Below are positions 41,947 through 51,950 of a DNA stretch of 64,000 nucleotides, in pieces. The DNA is from a virus. The translations under genes were made by a program, and so were the position numbers. The stretch lies in the IMG/VR virus record IMGVR_UViG_3300034073_002585, positions 1 to 64,000 of that record; one strand, 5' to 3'. How positions within the stretch are numbered: position 1 is the first letter of the stretch; every line of letters starts with the position of its first letter. The notes beneath the pieces were generated by a model. That model did not search any database, was not told the DNA's origin, and saw only the letters and a program-made list of their open reading frames with translations.

Positions 41947-42222
41947 CTAAAAGCTGTCTGGACCGCCACCACTTAGGGTAGCTCCATACTGAGTACTAGG
42001 GGTTCCGCCATTTATTGTGTTAGCTCCCCCCGCTTCTTCTAACATTCCTAACTCGATTAGAGCTTCGTTAATGTCTAAAGAACGCTGAGGAGTCCAACTA
42101 GAACCGTTGTAGGTGTAGATGTTATCTTCATCAGACCTGTAAAAAAGTTCTCCCTCTTCTGCGGTAGCAGGAAACGAGGTCCCAGCTGGGAGACCTATAG
42201 GGGTAAGAAACTTTTTTGCCAT
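41947..42222 (-). CDS. Small virion adaptor-like protein (paralog of 3206-3436)
   Basis: MAKKFLTPI...FPATAEEGELFYRSD...GGGPDSF. Confidence 0.7.
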   Translation of the reverse strand: MAKKFLTPIGLPAGTSFPATAEEGELFYRSDEDNIYTYNGSSWTPQRSLDINEALIELGMLEEAGGANTINGGTPSTQYGATLSGGGPDSF

Positions 42223-42240
42223 CCTTTAATTGTACAGCAT

Positions 42241-43173
42241 TTAGTAAAGGTTCTTATTAATAGCCTCGCGTAGAGCAGAGATTGTCTGTGGCCCCCATGA
42301 GCCATCGACACGACCTTCGTAAACACCTTTAGCAATCAAGCGACGCTGTACGCCCTTATAGGTGTTTGCTCCTGGAATTCCGTCTACTGCACCATTGTAG
42401 CCATTAGCAACCACTGAGCGCTGAAGAGCCTTGTAGGTCATAACTCCTGGCTCTCCGTCAATTGCTCCAGCGTAACCGTGGTCGCGCTTTAGAATTTCTT
42501 GGAACTTCTTCCAATCTTCTACAGTAAGTTCGCGAGAGGTGTCTGCAACTAAAGGCTTAACTTCCTCTACTTTAGCTACTGGCTTTTCTTCTACCTTTTC
42601 AGCTGGCTTTGGAGCTTCTCCCTTAATGATTGCCTTAGCTTCCTTCTTAGTTACCTTTGGAGCAACAGCACCGCCATTAGCAATGATTGCCTTCTTGAGG
42701 TCAGACTTGTCAGCAGTCATTCCGAAGACAGCCTTAACGGTCTTGCCCAAAGTTGCATGGAGGTGGGCGCCCGAGCTCGCTAGCCCTGTGTTCCCAATCG
42801 TCAGCCCGTGAGAAACATCGCCAGCTTTAACCTTGTCGCCAACCTTAACCTTTAGAGCGAGGTCCTCGTCGTGACCGCCTTTGCAGTTAATTCCGTGCTT
42901 TGCGCATGAAAGGTGGCAGTAGCCGATGTACCAGATTTTTCCGTTCTTGTCAGCTGCAGTCTGAACTACAACCCAGCCGAGGATGTCTGACCACTTTGCG
43001 AGCTTGATTGTGCCATCAGCGATAGCTGGGATTAAAGTCTTACCCTTGTTTGAGCCAGCTGGTGCCCAGTCGGTACCAGAGTGTGCTTGCATCTTGTTCT
43101 TACGTCGGTAGTCCGACATAGTTCCGTACTCGCCTGTGATTGATTTCTCAGGAAATGGCATTACCCAGGACAT
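42241..43173 (-). CDS. Endolysin: M23 peptidase plus peptidoglycan-binding repeats
   Basis: HSGTD, YCHL, GNTG.SSGAHLH; DG..G..T..ALQ repeats. Confidence 0.88.
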   Translation of the reverse strand: MSWVMPFPEKSITGEYGTMSDYRRKNKMQAHSGTDWAPAGSNKGKTLIPAIADGTIKLAKWSDILGWVVVQTAADKNGKIWYIGYCHLSCAKHGINCKGGHDEDLALKVKVGDKVKAGDVSHGLTIGNTGLASSGAHLHATLGKTVKAVFGMTADKSDLKKAIIANGGAVAPKVTKKEAKAIIKGEAPKPAEKVEEKPVAKVEEVKPLVADTSRELTVEDWKKFQEILKRDHGYAGAIDGEPGVMTYKALQRSVVANGYNGAVDGIPGANTYKGVQRRLIAKGVYEGRVDGSWGPQTISALREAINKNLY

Positions 43174-43396
43174 TTAGTTTCCTCTCGTTTAGCCTATTTT
43201 TGGCTGTTGTGTGGCAGTAATTAAGCATGTATGTTCTTGTAAATTGAAAGTACTCTTGCCAGTACCTATCCGTCCAGTGAGGATTGCGCTGGATGCACCA
43301 GTTTCGTGCAGCGATTTGTGCACGCTTGCGGGCCTCTTTAGTGTCTGCTTGGAAGAAGTAGAGCACGTAGAGGAGTAGGTGGGAGAGTCCTCTCAT
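43148..43396 (-). CDS. Hypothetical protein upstream of the endolysin
   Basis: TAAAAT -10 6 nt upstream; overlaps the endolysin start. Confidence 0.55.
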   Translation of the reverse strand: MRGLSHLLLYVLYFFQADTKEARKRAQIAARNWCIQRNPHWTDRYWQEYFQFTRTYMLNYCHTTAKNRLNERKLNVLGNAIS

Positions 43397-43488
43397 ACTT
43401 ACATTTTACATTAGGTGCAAAAAGATGATTTGATTTAAATATGTACAAGATACTTGACAAATATTTATTTTGTAGTATCGTATTCCAC

Positions 43489-44940
43489 ATGAACCGTTTA
43501 CTTAAAACAACCGCTACGGTTGCTGCCATATCATTACTAATCACTGCTTTGCCTGCGGCTGGGTCTGAGGTGCAGTCATCTTCTGTCGTACTTAGTGGAT
43601 TTACTAGTAGCTATGTGGGCTCTGCTCAGCGTTCTGAATTACAAAAAGTATCTGAGTTGTCGGACCAGTTAACTTCTGTCACGTGCTTGTCCTACCTGTC
43701 TAAAGGGAAAAAGAGTCTAGCTAAAAACAATAAAACTAAAAAGCAGGCTAATAGTGTGTGCTCATACATTAAATCACTAAGCCCTGACGTAACTGTAAAG
43801 CTATCTTCATGGTCTACAAATAAAACTTCTCTTGCTGGAAGAGTAAAAGTGTCATACACCTATACAGCTGCTGAGGGGGATTTAGTTGACAACTCCCTAC
43901 TTTCATCTTTAGATGTGTGCAGGCTTCAGAAAATAAAGATTAATGGTGGGGGAAATCAGGGACTACCTTGGGGCACCAGAAATACTAGGCAACCATTAGG
44001 CACTATCCCTATGCCCATCGTGTTTATAGAGTTCCCTGACGCAAAGGCGACTATGTCTGTAGAGGAGCGTGAGCCTAATCTAGAGAAGAACATAGAAGAG
44101 TGGAGCAGTTATATCTCTAGAGACAGGGTATTTTTTGATGTTCAAATCCACAAGCAGTGGCTGATGGCCCCTAAGCCTTATAGCTGGTACACCAGAGACA
44201 ACAACATGCAATCTCTACAACAAGCTGTTGACCAGTTAATTGCTGTTGCTGACCCTTACTATGATTTTTCTGGTGCCGAAATAATCAACTTTGTATTTTC
44301 TGATACATCAAAGAATGATGGTCTCTATGGAGATGCAATTGTAAAAGCTGATGGATTAAACGAAACTACATTTATATTTGGTGCCTACAACAAATTCTTA
44401 CATGAATCATTGTGGGACTGGATTATCCACGAAATACTTCACCCTCTAGGTTTTCTTGGGCATGGCCCAGATAACGGTGGAAAGCTCGGGATTCTAATGT
44501 CTCAGTGGAATGCTTCCGAGGCAGTAACTAGCTGGGAAGGTTTCTTGGCGGGCTGGTATAACGAAGAAGAAGTAGCTTGTGTGGACACAGAGTCCATGCC
44601 TAGTTCGTTTAACTTTAAGTTGAACTCTCTAGATAACTTTGCTGATGGATACGAAAGCTTGATTCTGAAACTAGATAGCAAGACTGCCATAGTTGTGGAG
44701 TACAGAAGTAGTGATAACTACGGCTATAAAGGACTGGCATCTCCTATTTTGACTGCTTATAGGGTAAACCAAGACAGAGATGCTATTAGGTGCGATATGT
44801 GCAACCAGCTTGAACTAGAGCAGAAAAACTGGTGGGCGTACCTACGTGACAATGGCAACATAGGAATAAAGACTCAGGTGGTATATGAAGGTATAACCAT
44901 TAAGAACCTGGGCAATGGCAACTTTGAAGTTTCTAAGTAG
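43489..44940 (+). CDS. Secreted M6-like zinc metalloprotease
   Basis: Signal peptide from ATG 43489; VFIEFPD, ADPYYDFS, HEILHPLG...H. Confidence 0.7.
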   Translation: MNRLLKTTATVAAISLLITALPAAGSEVQSSSVVLSGFTSSYVGSAQRSELQKVSELSDQLTSVTCLSYLSKGKKSLAKNNKTKKQANSVCSYIKSLSPDVTVKLSSWSTNKTSLAGRVKVSYTYTAAEGDLVDNSLLSSLDVCRLQKIKINGGGNQGLPWGTRNTRQPLGTIPMPIVFIEFPDAKATMSVEEREPNLEKNIEEWSSYISRDRVFFDVQIHKQWLMAPKPYSWYTRDNNMQSLQQAVDQLIAVADPYYDFSGAEIINFVFSDTSKNDGLYGDAIVKADGLNETTFIFGAYNKFLHESLWDWIIHEILHPLGFLGHGPDNGGKLGILMSQWNASEAVTSWEGFLAGWYNEEEVACVDTESMPSSFNFKLNSLDNFADGYESLILKLDSKTAIVVEYRSSDNYGYKGLASPILTAYRVNQDRDAIRCDMCNQLELEQKNWWAYLRDNGNIGIKTQVVYEGITIKNLGNGNFEVSK

Positions 44941-44949
44941 GAGGACAAA

Positions 44950-45459
44950 ATGACAAAAGTAGCAACCATATTGACAGACATAACCGAACTGGGTGTGGAC
45001 GTAATTGTAAATGCGGCTAATGAAGATATGCGTGGGGGTGGCGGAGTAGATGGGGCCATCCACGATAAAGCTGGACATGAACTTGTGTTGGATACTGTAC
45101 AGTACGCACCTTTATATGTATCTAGAGTTGCTATAACTTCAGGATACAAACTAAAGGCTAGGAACATAATCCACACTGTCGGTCCAATGTATGGCAGAGG
45201 AAACTCTGGTGAGTACATTGCTTTAGAGATGTGCTATCGAAATTCACTAGCTGCTGCGGAATCACTGGGAGCAAAAACAATTGCTATACCTGCAATTAGT
45301 GCTGGAGTGTATGGATTCCCCAAAGACAGAGCTGCAAAGATTGCAGTTACAACATGTCTAGATGTAGCTAAAGATAGTAGCTTAGAGGAGATACTTCTGG
45401 TTGCATATGACGAGACAACACTAAACCTATATAAGAAATACCTATCTGAAAATAGGTAA
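44950..45459 (+). CDS. Macrodomain protein (YmdB/MacroD-like)
   Basis: DIT...DVIVNAAN...GGGGVDGAIH, IIHTVGP, AIPAISAGVYGFP. Confidence 0.93.
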   Translation: MTKVATILTDITELGVDVIVNAANEDMRGGGGVDGAIHDKAGHELVLDTVQYAPLYVSRVAITSGYKLKARNIIHTVGPMYGRGNSGEYIALEMCYRNSLAAAESLGAKTIAIPAISAGVYGFPKDRAAKIAVTTCLDVAKDSSLEEILLVAYDETTLNLYKKYLSENR

Positions 45460-45464
45460 TAAAG

Positions 45465-45502
45465 AAAGACCCCACCTAGCCTTGATTAGATGGGGTCTTT
45501 TT
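45465..45502. terminator. Bidirectional intrinsic terminator between convergent genes
   Basis: AAAGACCCCA...TGGGGTCTTT with A/T runs on both sides. Confidence 0.75.
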
Positions 45503-45715
45503 ATTAAGTTATTTTTATACTCTAATATCCAGGTCCGTCATTGTCAAATTGAGATTTTCCCATATTAGTGACATAATCCCAGACGAACTCTTCGTATTGT
45601 TGTGGGGTCATCTTCTGGCCTAGCTTCTCTTCTACTTTGCAAGCAGCTATATCTGCCAGAACGAACTTCTCCTCATTAGATAAGTTGGGGAAGTGTGAAC
45701 CGTAGATGCCCAAGG

Positions 45716-45907
45716 TTACTCCTTGTCATCTTCCTTTTCATAGCGAAGCGGGAATGTTATAACCCAGATACCAAGAGTAATCCAGATGAGCATACCTACT
45801 ACGTCTTTAGCTGAACCCTCAAGAACAACCCATGCGACGAACATACCCAGTAGGGTCCATGCTTGGTCAATCATGTCCTTGAAGAGTGACTTAATGAAGT
45901 GAATCAT
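45716..45907 (-). CDS. Small two-TM membrane protein
   Basis: DQAWTLLGMFVAWVVLEGSAK. Confidence 0.75.
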   Translation of the reverse strand: MIHFIKSLFKDMIDQAWTLLGMFVAWVVLEGSAKDVVGMLIWITLGIWVITFPLRYEKEDDKE

Positions 45908-46304
45908 TTAGTTTCCTTTTCTGAAGTAACAGGTCAAAATCTTTGACCTTTGTGTCTCCCATGTATGACCATGCGTACCCTGAGGCAATCATGGCTTCGT
46001 TAACAGACAACTCTTCTGAATCTAAAAAGAGCCATCCCAGTACTCGCCCATACTTCTCGGACGAGTCAGGTTTTTCTGTGCGGATAACAACCGAAGTTGC
46101 ATCTGCAAGTCGATGCTTTAAGTAGTTCTTGACTTCTAGTCCTAAAGTTTTTTCATACTTGTCTGAAGTGCGGGACTCTGGAGTATCGATGCCTGCAAGA
46201 CGTACTCGCTTAGTGATGGAGATATCAAAGCCGAGGTCAATCTCGACGTCGATGGTGTCTCCATCTACAACCTTTAGGATTTGCTTAACTCGGTATTCGT
46301 ACAT
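45891..46304 (-). CDS. Thermonuclease (SNase-like)
   Basis: VVDGDTID, RVRLAGIDTPE, KYGRVLG. Confidence 0.92.
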   Translation of the reverse strand: MYEYRVKQILKVVDGDTIDVEIDLGFDISITKRVRLAGIDTPESRTSDKYEKTLGLEVKNYLKHRLADATSVVIRTEKPDSSEKYGRVLGWLFLDSEELSVNEAMIASGYAWSYMGDTKVKDFDLLLQKRKLNDSLH

Positions 46305-49300
46305 TATGGTCTCCTTGCTGCAGCTGCTGCTGCGCTGGTAGCGGCCGCAGTTGCAGTCATAGCAACCTGACCGACGATGACGGCAGCGATAACAACCTTC
46401 TCTGATTGCTCGCGTACCTCTGGTGACATGTCAGCGCCAGCGTTTCCAATGACGTTGAACGCTTCTACTGCTGCTCCAGCTACATCTCCTAAAAGTGGAA
46501 CTGCAGCTAAGGCTTCATCTAGAACGACGTCGTCCGCTTGAGCTGCAACTAGAAGTGCATCCAGAGCTGCTTCATATTCTGGGGAACCCTGCTCGGCACC
46601 AGAGTCAAATACTGCTAGAGCTGCCTCTTGGATAGCTTCTACCTGAGCTTCAGATAGCTGAGTTGGTTCAATCTTTACAAGTTCTTCAACTGCTGCTACA
46701 ATATTCTCAGGTGTGAGCTCTTCTTCTAACTCCACTGTTTCAGGTTCGACGGGAGATGGTGATGGAGTTTCGGACGGTTCTGGGGTTGAACTTGGCGCTG
46801 GCGTGGTCTCTGTGGGTGTTGGTGTCGGCGTCACTGATGGCGTGGGGGTTGGTTTCGGAGTTTCGGTCACTGTGGGAGTCGGAGTCGGAGTCGGACTTGG
46901 CTGAGCTGTCTCTGATGGAGAAGGAGAAGGCTCGGGAGTCGGCGTTAATGTTGGCTCGGGTTCGACAGATGGCTCAGGAGTTGGAGTTAGAGAAGGCGAC
47001 GACTCAGGAGTTGTCACAGGTTCGGGGGAAGGTGTACTGGAAGGGGTAGGTGATGGTTCTACTGTTGGCTCTGGTTGTGGGGTCTGTGTGGGGGTTGGCT
47101 CTGGCGTTACTACTGGGGCTGGAGCAGCGATAACAATATCTACAGTTGTAGAGTTGTCAGAGTAAACTGCTTGTGAGTCGTTGTCAGAACGAACACCAAA
47201 GGTATAAGTAGTATCTAATCCACCAGTTGCTTCAAAGGTTGAAGCTGGAATCGTAACTGATGTAGTAGTTGAAGCTACTGCCCAAGTGTTAGTTCCATCT
47301 GAGAAGAAGATTGCATAACGCTCTACTTGAACTGTATCTGTCTGTGGGGCATCCCACGTAACAGTCACAGAAGAGTCTTCATTCTGAACTGCTTGAATGT
47401 TTGTTGGAGGGTTCAGTGATGGGAAGATGTTATTAGTGAAAACAAAATCAGTTACGTTAGAAGTCTCGTCAACTGAGTAGCTCTGGTTGGTAGTTCCATC
47501 CCACTTGTAGTAGCGAACAACCATACCATTGTTTAGGAATGTGTTGTTGGTAAACGTTGACCACCCAGGGAACTTGTGACCATCGTTGTAACCGTCATCG
47601 TTGTAGATGGCAGTTCCATTGTTTTTGAAGGTGTTGCCAGAGAGTAGACGGTTGTCAGTTCCCATGTTAAACGTGGTTGGCATCCATACGTTGTTGTAAT
47701 ATGCAATTCCGTTTCCGATGAACTCGGTGTTGTAAATCTGAGTTCTGTTTAGTCCAGTGATTACTGCACCCCATGAGTTGTTCTCGAAGCGAGAGTTGTC
47801 GATGTAGGTGAACCTGTAGCTGTTAATAGCGTATGAGTTGTCAGTAAAGACTGAGTCATAGATGTAGGTTCTGTTCTGGAACAGAGAGTCTGGCTGTCCA
47901 TCCCAAGTAGTTACACCTGTAGGAAGCTGAGGGGTTGAACCCCAGTCGGCGGTAATACCTTGTCCATTGTGGTCGAAGGTTGCGCGAGTATAAGTTGCAA
48001 CACCAGAGTTACCAATGAAGACTGCAGAGCCACCATTCTGTCCAGTGAAGCGCATATCAGTTGATGTGAAGTTTCCACGGTTCTGATAAACCATTCCACC
48101 GCTTGATTGCTTACCATCTGAAAGAGTCAGGTCGGAAGCAGTCAATGTGATGTTCTGGTTGATGTTAAAGATTTGATAGGTGTCAGCACCAGAGATAGTT
48201 AGTACATCTTTACCTGGTCCGTCAATTGTCAGGTTCTGCGAAATGTTTGGCAGGTTGGAAGTTAGCGTGATGGTTCCAGAAACTGAAAAAGTAATCAGGT
48301 CGTAGATGCCGCCAGAGTTTGCGTTAGCCTGAGTAATCGCCCAGCGGAGTGTGCCTTGGTCTGCTGTGTCATCTAATGATGTAACTTGCAAAGATGTTGG
48401 CGGCGGAACAATTAGCTCCAGTTCTTGCTGAACTGCTAGGTCGTCAATGTATGCATCGTTGTAAGCAGTAGACAGATTAGTAGACGCAGTGTCATATGCT
48501 ACCTGCCAACCATCTACGGTGTCCTGCAAAGCTTGAGTGGTTGCTGGGTCAGACTCGTAGTCATAAGTTGCCTGCGCTGAATCCACAAGAGAAGACGCTG
48601 CTACTTCAGCTGAAAGGGCTGCATCGTAATCAGGAGCTAATAGGTCTAGGGCTGCTTGTGCGTCGAGGTAGTTTTGGTAGGCAGTTGGGTCATAAGAAGA
48701 TGTAACGAAAGTGAATCCATCTATAAGCCAGATGTCACCAAGGTTGCTGGTAACAGTGATGTACTGGATGGACTTGCCTTGAGGGGCAGTGTAAACGATA
48801 AAGCACTCGTAGTTCGGGCAGTTAGCATTTCCAACACCATTAGGGTTTACGAAAGTTGCAGTGGTGTTGTCAGTGAAGGTAACGGATATGTTCTCGTCAC
48901 CATTCTTTGCTGCTTGGTAAAAAGATAGCTGTGAAGCAGGTGAAGGCGGCTTAATCTGCAAAGGCTGTGATGTACCACCTATATAGATGACTCCACCAGT
49001 TACGTTTGGTGAGTAGTCATAGTTCTGAATTCTAGGGTCAGTGGCGTTGCTAATAGGGGTGGAGCCGTTTATGAGGAACTGAATGTTCGTGGTGATTGCA
49101 GGTCCAGTGAAAGTTTCAGTAATTGTTCCACCAGTTGCTGATGCCTGATAAGCATCGTAAGCATCGTTGCGGTCTTGTAGAGCTTGCTGGTAGTCAGGGG
49201 TCAGAGCAGACAAAGTGGCAGACGCTGAATCTAAAACTGCTTGGGCTACTTGTAAAGAAGTAGACGCTGCTTCAATAACTGAAGGCTGAGCTGCTAGTGC

Positions 49301-49621
49301 TTCGTTAGAAGTTGAAAGGTTGGTCTCTGCTTGGTTAAAAGTTTGGATGGCAGAAGAGTAAGAAGCAACTGAGTTAGCGAAACCGTTAACCGTTAGGGTT
49401 AGGGCATCTAGCTCCGAGATGGAGTTAGGTGCGTAAGTGTTGTAGTGAGCAGTGTAGTCAGCTAGGGTTTGGGTATAGCTGGCTAGGTTAGCTTGGTAGG
49501 TAGCTAAGGACTGGTTGTGGTCTACTGCTGAGGCTGGCAACATCCATGCAAACATTGGGCCAACTAGGGCCAAGTTTAATGAGATGAATGAGTGCCAGAA
49601 GACCTTATTTCTTAGGCGCAT
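46304..49621 (-). CDS. Large exported/virion protein: coiled coil, beta-helix, FN3, Pro/Thr-rich stalk, C-terminal anchor
   Basis: Signal-like N-terminus; GTLRWAI beta-helix cap; FN3 ([17 protein letters not shown]); ~125-aa PTP/PEP tract; hydrophobic C-terminus. Confidence 0.8.
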   Translation of the reverse strand: MRLRNKVFWHSFISLNLALVGPMFAWMLPASAVDHNQSLATYQANLASYTQTLADYTAHYNTYAPNSISELDALTLTVNGFANSVASYSSAIQTFNQAETNLSTSNEALAAQPSVIEAASTSLQVAQAVLDSASATLSALTPDYQQALQDRNDAYDAYQASATGGTITETFTGPAITTNIQFLINGSTPISNATDPRIQNYDYSPNVTGGVIYIGGTSQPLQIKPPSPASQLSFYQAAKNGDENISVTFTDNTTATFVNPNGVGNANCPNYECFIVYTAPQGKSIQYITVTSNLGDIWLIDGFTFVTSSYDPTAYQNYLDAQAALDLLAPDYDAALSAEVAASSLVDSAQATYDYESDPATTQALQDTVDGWQVAYDTASTNLSTAYNDAYIDDLAVQQELELIVPPPTSLQVTSLDDTADQGTLRWAITQANANSGGIYDLITFSVSGTITLTSNLPNISQNLTIDGPGKDVLTISGADTYQIFNINQNITLTASDLTLSDGKQSSGGMVYQNRGNFTSTDMRFTGQNGGSAVFIGNSGVATYTRATFDHNGQGITADWGSTPQLPTGVTTWDGQPDSLFQNRTYIYDSVFTDNSYAINSYRFTYIDNSRFENNSWGAVITGLNRTQIYNTEFIGNGIAYYNNVWMPTTFNMGTDNRLLSGNTFKNNGTAIYNDDGYNDGHKFPGWSTFTNNTFLNNGMVVRYYKWDGTTNQSYSVDETSNVTDFVFTNNIFPSLNPPTNIQAVQNEDSSVTVTWDAPQTDTVQVERYAIFFSDGTNTWAVASTTTSVTIPASTFEATGGLDTTYTFGVRSDNDSQAVYSDNSTTVDIVIAAPAPVVTPEPTPTQTPQPEPTVEPSPTPSSTPSPEPVTTPESSPSLTPTPEPSVEPEPTLTPTPEPSPSPSETAQPSPTPTPTPTVTETPKPTPTPSVTPTPTPTETTPAPSSTPEPSETPSPSPVEPETVELEEELTPENIVAAVEELVKIEPTQLSEAQVEAIQEAALAVFDSGAEQGSPEYEAALDALLVAAQADDVVLDEALAAVPLLGDVAGAAVEAFNVIGNAGADMSPEVREQSEKVVIAAVIVGQVAMTATAAATSAAAAAARRP

Positions 49622-49898
49622 CTTCTCCTGCTTCTTTGAGTCGAACTACCTGAGAGAAAATCATGTTGACTTCTTCTTGGTCTATCTTTCCGTCCTCTAA
49701 GAAAGCGAGAGCTAGTTTCTCTACAACCTTTGCAACTGCTAGCAAACCACCAAGGGCAGCAGAGAGCCAGACGTCAATACCAATAATTGAGCCTGCTCCG
49801 ATAACGCCAAGGGCGCTGGCAATGAATGTTGCGATTACGCGATATGAAATATCTAAAGTTAACTTAAACTTACTGGTCTTACGTTTTTTCGTAGCCAC
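49605..49898 (-). CDS. Small membrane protein, possibly holin-like (paralog of 11937)
   Basis: Two TM segments, [10 protein letters not shown]. Confidence 0.6.
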   Translation of the reverse strand: MATKKRKTSKFKLTLDISYRVIATFIASALGVIGAGSIIGIDVWLSAALGGLLAVAKVVEKLALAFLEDGKIDQEEVNMIFSQVVRLKEAGEDAPKK

Positions 49899-49982
49899 TT
49901 GAGACTCCTAGATGAGGTGTCTCTCCCTTAAATATTTTACCAGATTAGTTGCATAGGGATAGGAAATGATATATACTGTAAG

Positions 49983-50076
49983 TGGTTCATATGTTGCTTG
50001 TTCATTGTGTGAGCCTCCTTTCTACTAAGTGAAAGCGGTCCAGGTTTTCTTGGTTGTTCTCCTGGGCCGCTTTTTT
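49983..50076 (+). ncRNA. Candidate sRNA carrying an anti-Shine-Dalgarno sequence
   Basis: TATACT -10 at 49972-49977; 5' hairpin; CCTCCTTTCT at 50014-50023; terminator 50032-50076. Confidence 0.55.
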
Positions 50077-50216
50077 ACTTTTGAAAAGAACTGCTATAGT
50101 TCGGAGAAAGTTTAATTATTTAAATAGTTTTTGTAGTTGACACTAAAAATAAAAAGTGTATACTCTGTAGCAAAGAAACTGCTTGACACCAAGCGGATAA
50201 ATGATAGGATGTAGTT

Positions 50217-50411
50217 ATGGACGCTATTACAATTACACTAAGTTGGAGCTGGTTCTCGTTCGCTATGGGAATCCTTGCAACTTTTGTTTTGATATTCTTC
50301 TTTGCTTTCCTGCAGTACCGTAAGCAACAGAAGGCAAAAGCTAAGTCCGACTGGGACAACATTGACAAGATGTTTCAACAGTGGGGTGGCAGAGACAACT
50401 CTAAATCCTAG
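50217..50411 (+). CDS. Small membrane protein
   Basis: One TM segment; TTGACA/TAGGAT leaderless promoter. Confidence 0.7.
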   Translation: MDAITITLSWSWFSFAMGILATFVLIFFFAFLQYRKQQKAKAKSDWDNIDKMFQQWGGRDNSKS

Positions 50412-50437
50412 GAGTTGCCAATTGGTATAGTTGACCT

Positions 50438-51040
50438 ATGGAAGAAAAAACCTTAGGTAGCTATGCTTACGGAGAAATCCGCCAACAGGTTCTTAAAGCT
50501 AGAGAACTAAAAAGCGCTGTCCTTTTTAAAAAGCTATTCACTGAAGTTCCAAACTGGGACGCCTTTATTAATCATTTAAACGTTCAGCTAAATAGAACTG
50601 AAGCTGCAAGTATCCCTAATGCTCCGCTGAAGGAGCATGTGCTTAACGGTGTAGTTAAACGTAACGATAGCTTCTTCTACTTTTACACGCATAAAGGCTG
50701 GTACTTCGAAGACTTTCCTGAGGTGGGAAAGATAATGGACGCCTTTAATGAAATCCTTTCAGAAGACTATGGCAGACAAGTATGTAATCCAGCTGGAGCA
50801 TTCATGAATTTTGCTGCTGAAGACTTTAAGGTTCCTTCGCATGGGGACGACAGGGAAACCTTGTTCTGGCAGTGCATTGGAACTACAACTTGGAACTTTA
50901 GGGAGCCAGATTCATTTGGAGCGGGAGAGCCATTCCTATCTGTGACTATGGAACCTGGGGATTGTGTTTATGTGGGCCACTGGGTTGAGCATGAAGTAAT
51001 CTTTAATGGTCCTAGGGCTGGCATCGCTTTTAACGTTTAG
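50438..51040 (+). CDS. JmjC/cupin oxygenase (third paralog)
   Basis: HGDDRETLFWQCIG...MEPGDCVYV...H. Confidence 0.85.
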   Translation: MEEKTLGSYAYGEIRQQVLKARELKSAVLFKKLFTEVPNWDAFINHLNVQLNRTEAASIPNAPLKEHVLNGVVKRNDSFFYFYTHKGWYFEDFPEVGKIMDAFNEILSEDYGRQVCNPAGAFMNFAAEDFKVPSHGDDRETLFWQCIGTTTWNFREPDSFGAGEPFLSVTMEPGDCVYVGHWVEHEVIFNGPRAGIAFNV

Positions 51041-51058
51041 AGCTACAATAGATATAAG

Positions 51059-51256
51059 ATGGAAACATTTCTTGGTTATCTGTATGTATTTGGTGCCATA
51101 CTTTTTGTGGTAGTTGTAAGCGGAATTCTCTACGCTTATCGAGGGGTCCGTAAAGAAATAGAAAACGCCCTTAAGAATGCAGATACAAAAGAGCAGGAAA
51201 TAATTCGTAGGAAAGTAGTGAAGGCTATGTTTCCTCCTAGATTCTTCCGAGACTAG
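51059..51256 (+). CDS. Small membrane protein
   Basis: N-terminal TM segment. Confidence 0.6.
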   Translation: METFLGYLYVFGAILFVVVVSGILYAYRGVRKEIENALKNADTKEQEIIRRKVVKAMFPPRFFRD

Positions 51257-51517
51257 TTAGTCTTCGTAGTCCTCGTCATCTTCGGCATAGGCCTTAATAC
51301 TTTTTTCTTCTTCCCCCCAGACGTAATAACGAACCGTCTGGTAGAGGTCGATTGTTTCTGATACAAGCTTCTCTGTTGCGAGGATAAGGTCTGCCTTGGC
51401 TTCTGGATTTAGTGGACGCTCCAATTCCATGTGAATTTCCTGAACGGCATAGGTGCAAAGTTCTAGACGCCTGAGAGTGGTCTCTAGGTTGCTAGTAGGA
51501 ATTCGTTCACCTGGCAT
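51257..51517 (-). CDS. Hypothetical protein
   Basis: TAAAAT -10 6 nt upstream. Confidence 0.6.
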   Translation of the reverse strand: MPGERIPTSNLETTLRRLELCTYAVQEIHMELERPLNPEAKADLILATEKLVSETIDLYQTVRYYVWGEEEKSIKAYAEDDEDYED

Positions 51518-51950
51518 GAGTCTATTTTACAGACAAATATTATCTATAAGAACTATGCTAAGATTCGAGCCTTGTTGGTGATTTTTATGTTGTGTTGGTG
51601 GGAAAGAAATAAGGGGTAAAAAGTTTTTAAAAAAGTTTTTCTTGATAATAAGGTAAGGAGTTATTATCAGATAAAACTAACGGAAAAGAAATATTTCTTG
51701 ATAATGACATTAGTTTATAATACATAATACATAATATTGAATAAGTTTTTGTGATACGCGTATAGAGTTGCCCTCTAGGCCTTACGTAAAAAATAATCGC
51801 TTATTATGTATTGTGTATAATGTATAATGTATTATGTAGAAGACCAATCCAGACTATTTGGAGTATGGAAGGAGAGGAGAAAATCGATAAAAATATATTC
51901 CTGTTTCTAGGGTTGAAATAATGGAACTTATGTTTTATGATTAATGTCTT
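51518..51950. other. AT-rich non-coding region with direct and inverted repeats (origin or terminus candidate)
   Basis: TTTCTTGATAAT x2; TACATAA heptamers at 51716-51736 inverted at 51802-51838. Confidence 0.45.

Larger units (their letters stand above)
34917..41950 (+). other. Run of about 25 small, translationally coupled hypothetical phage genes
   Basis: Head-to-tail plus-strand ORFs with short overlaps, including 35909-36016, 36024-36563 and 38620-38757; several Cys-rich. Confidence 0.8.
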
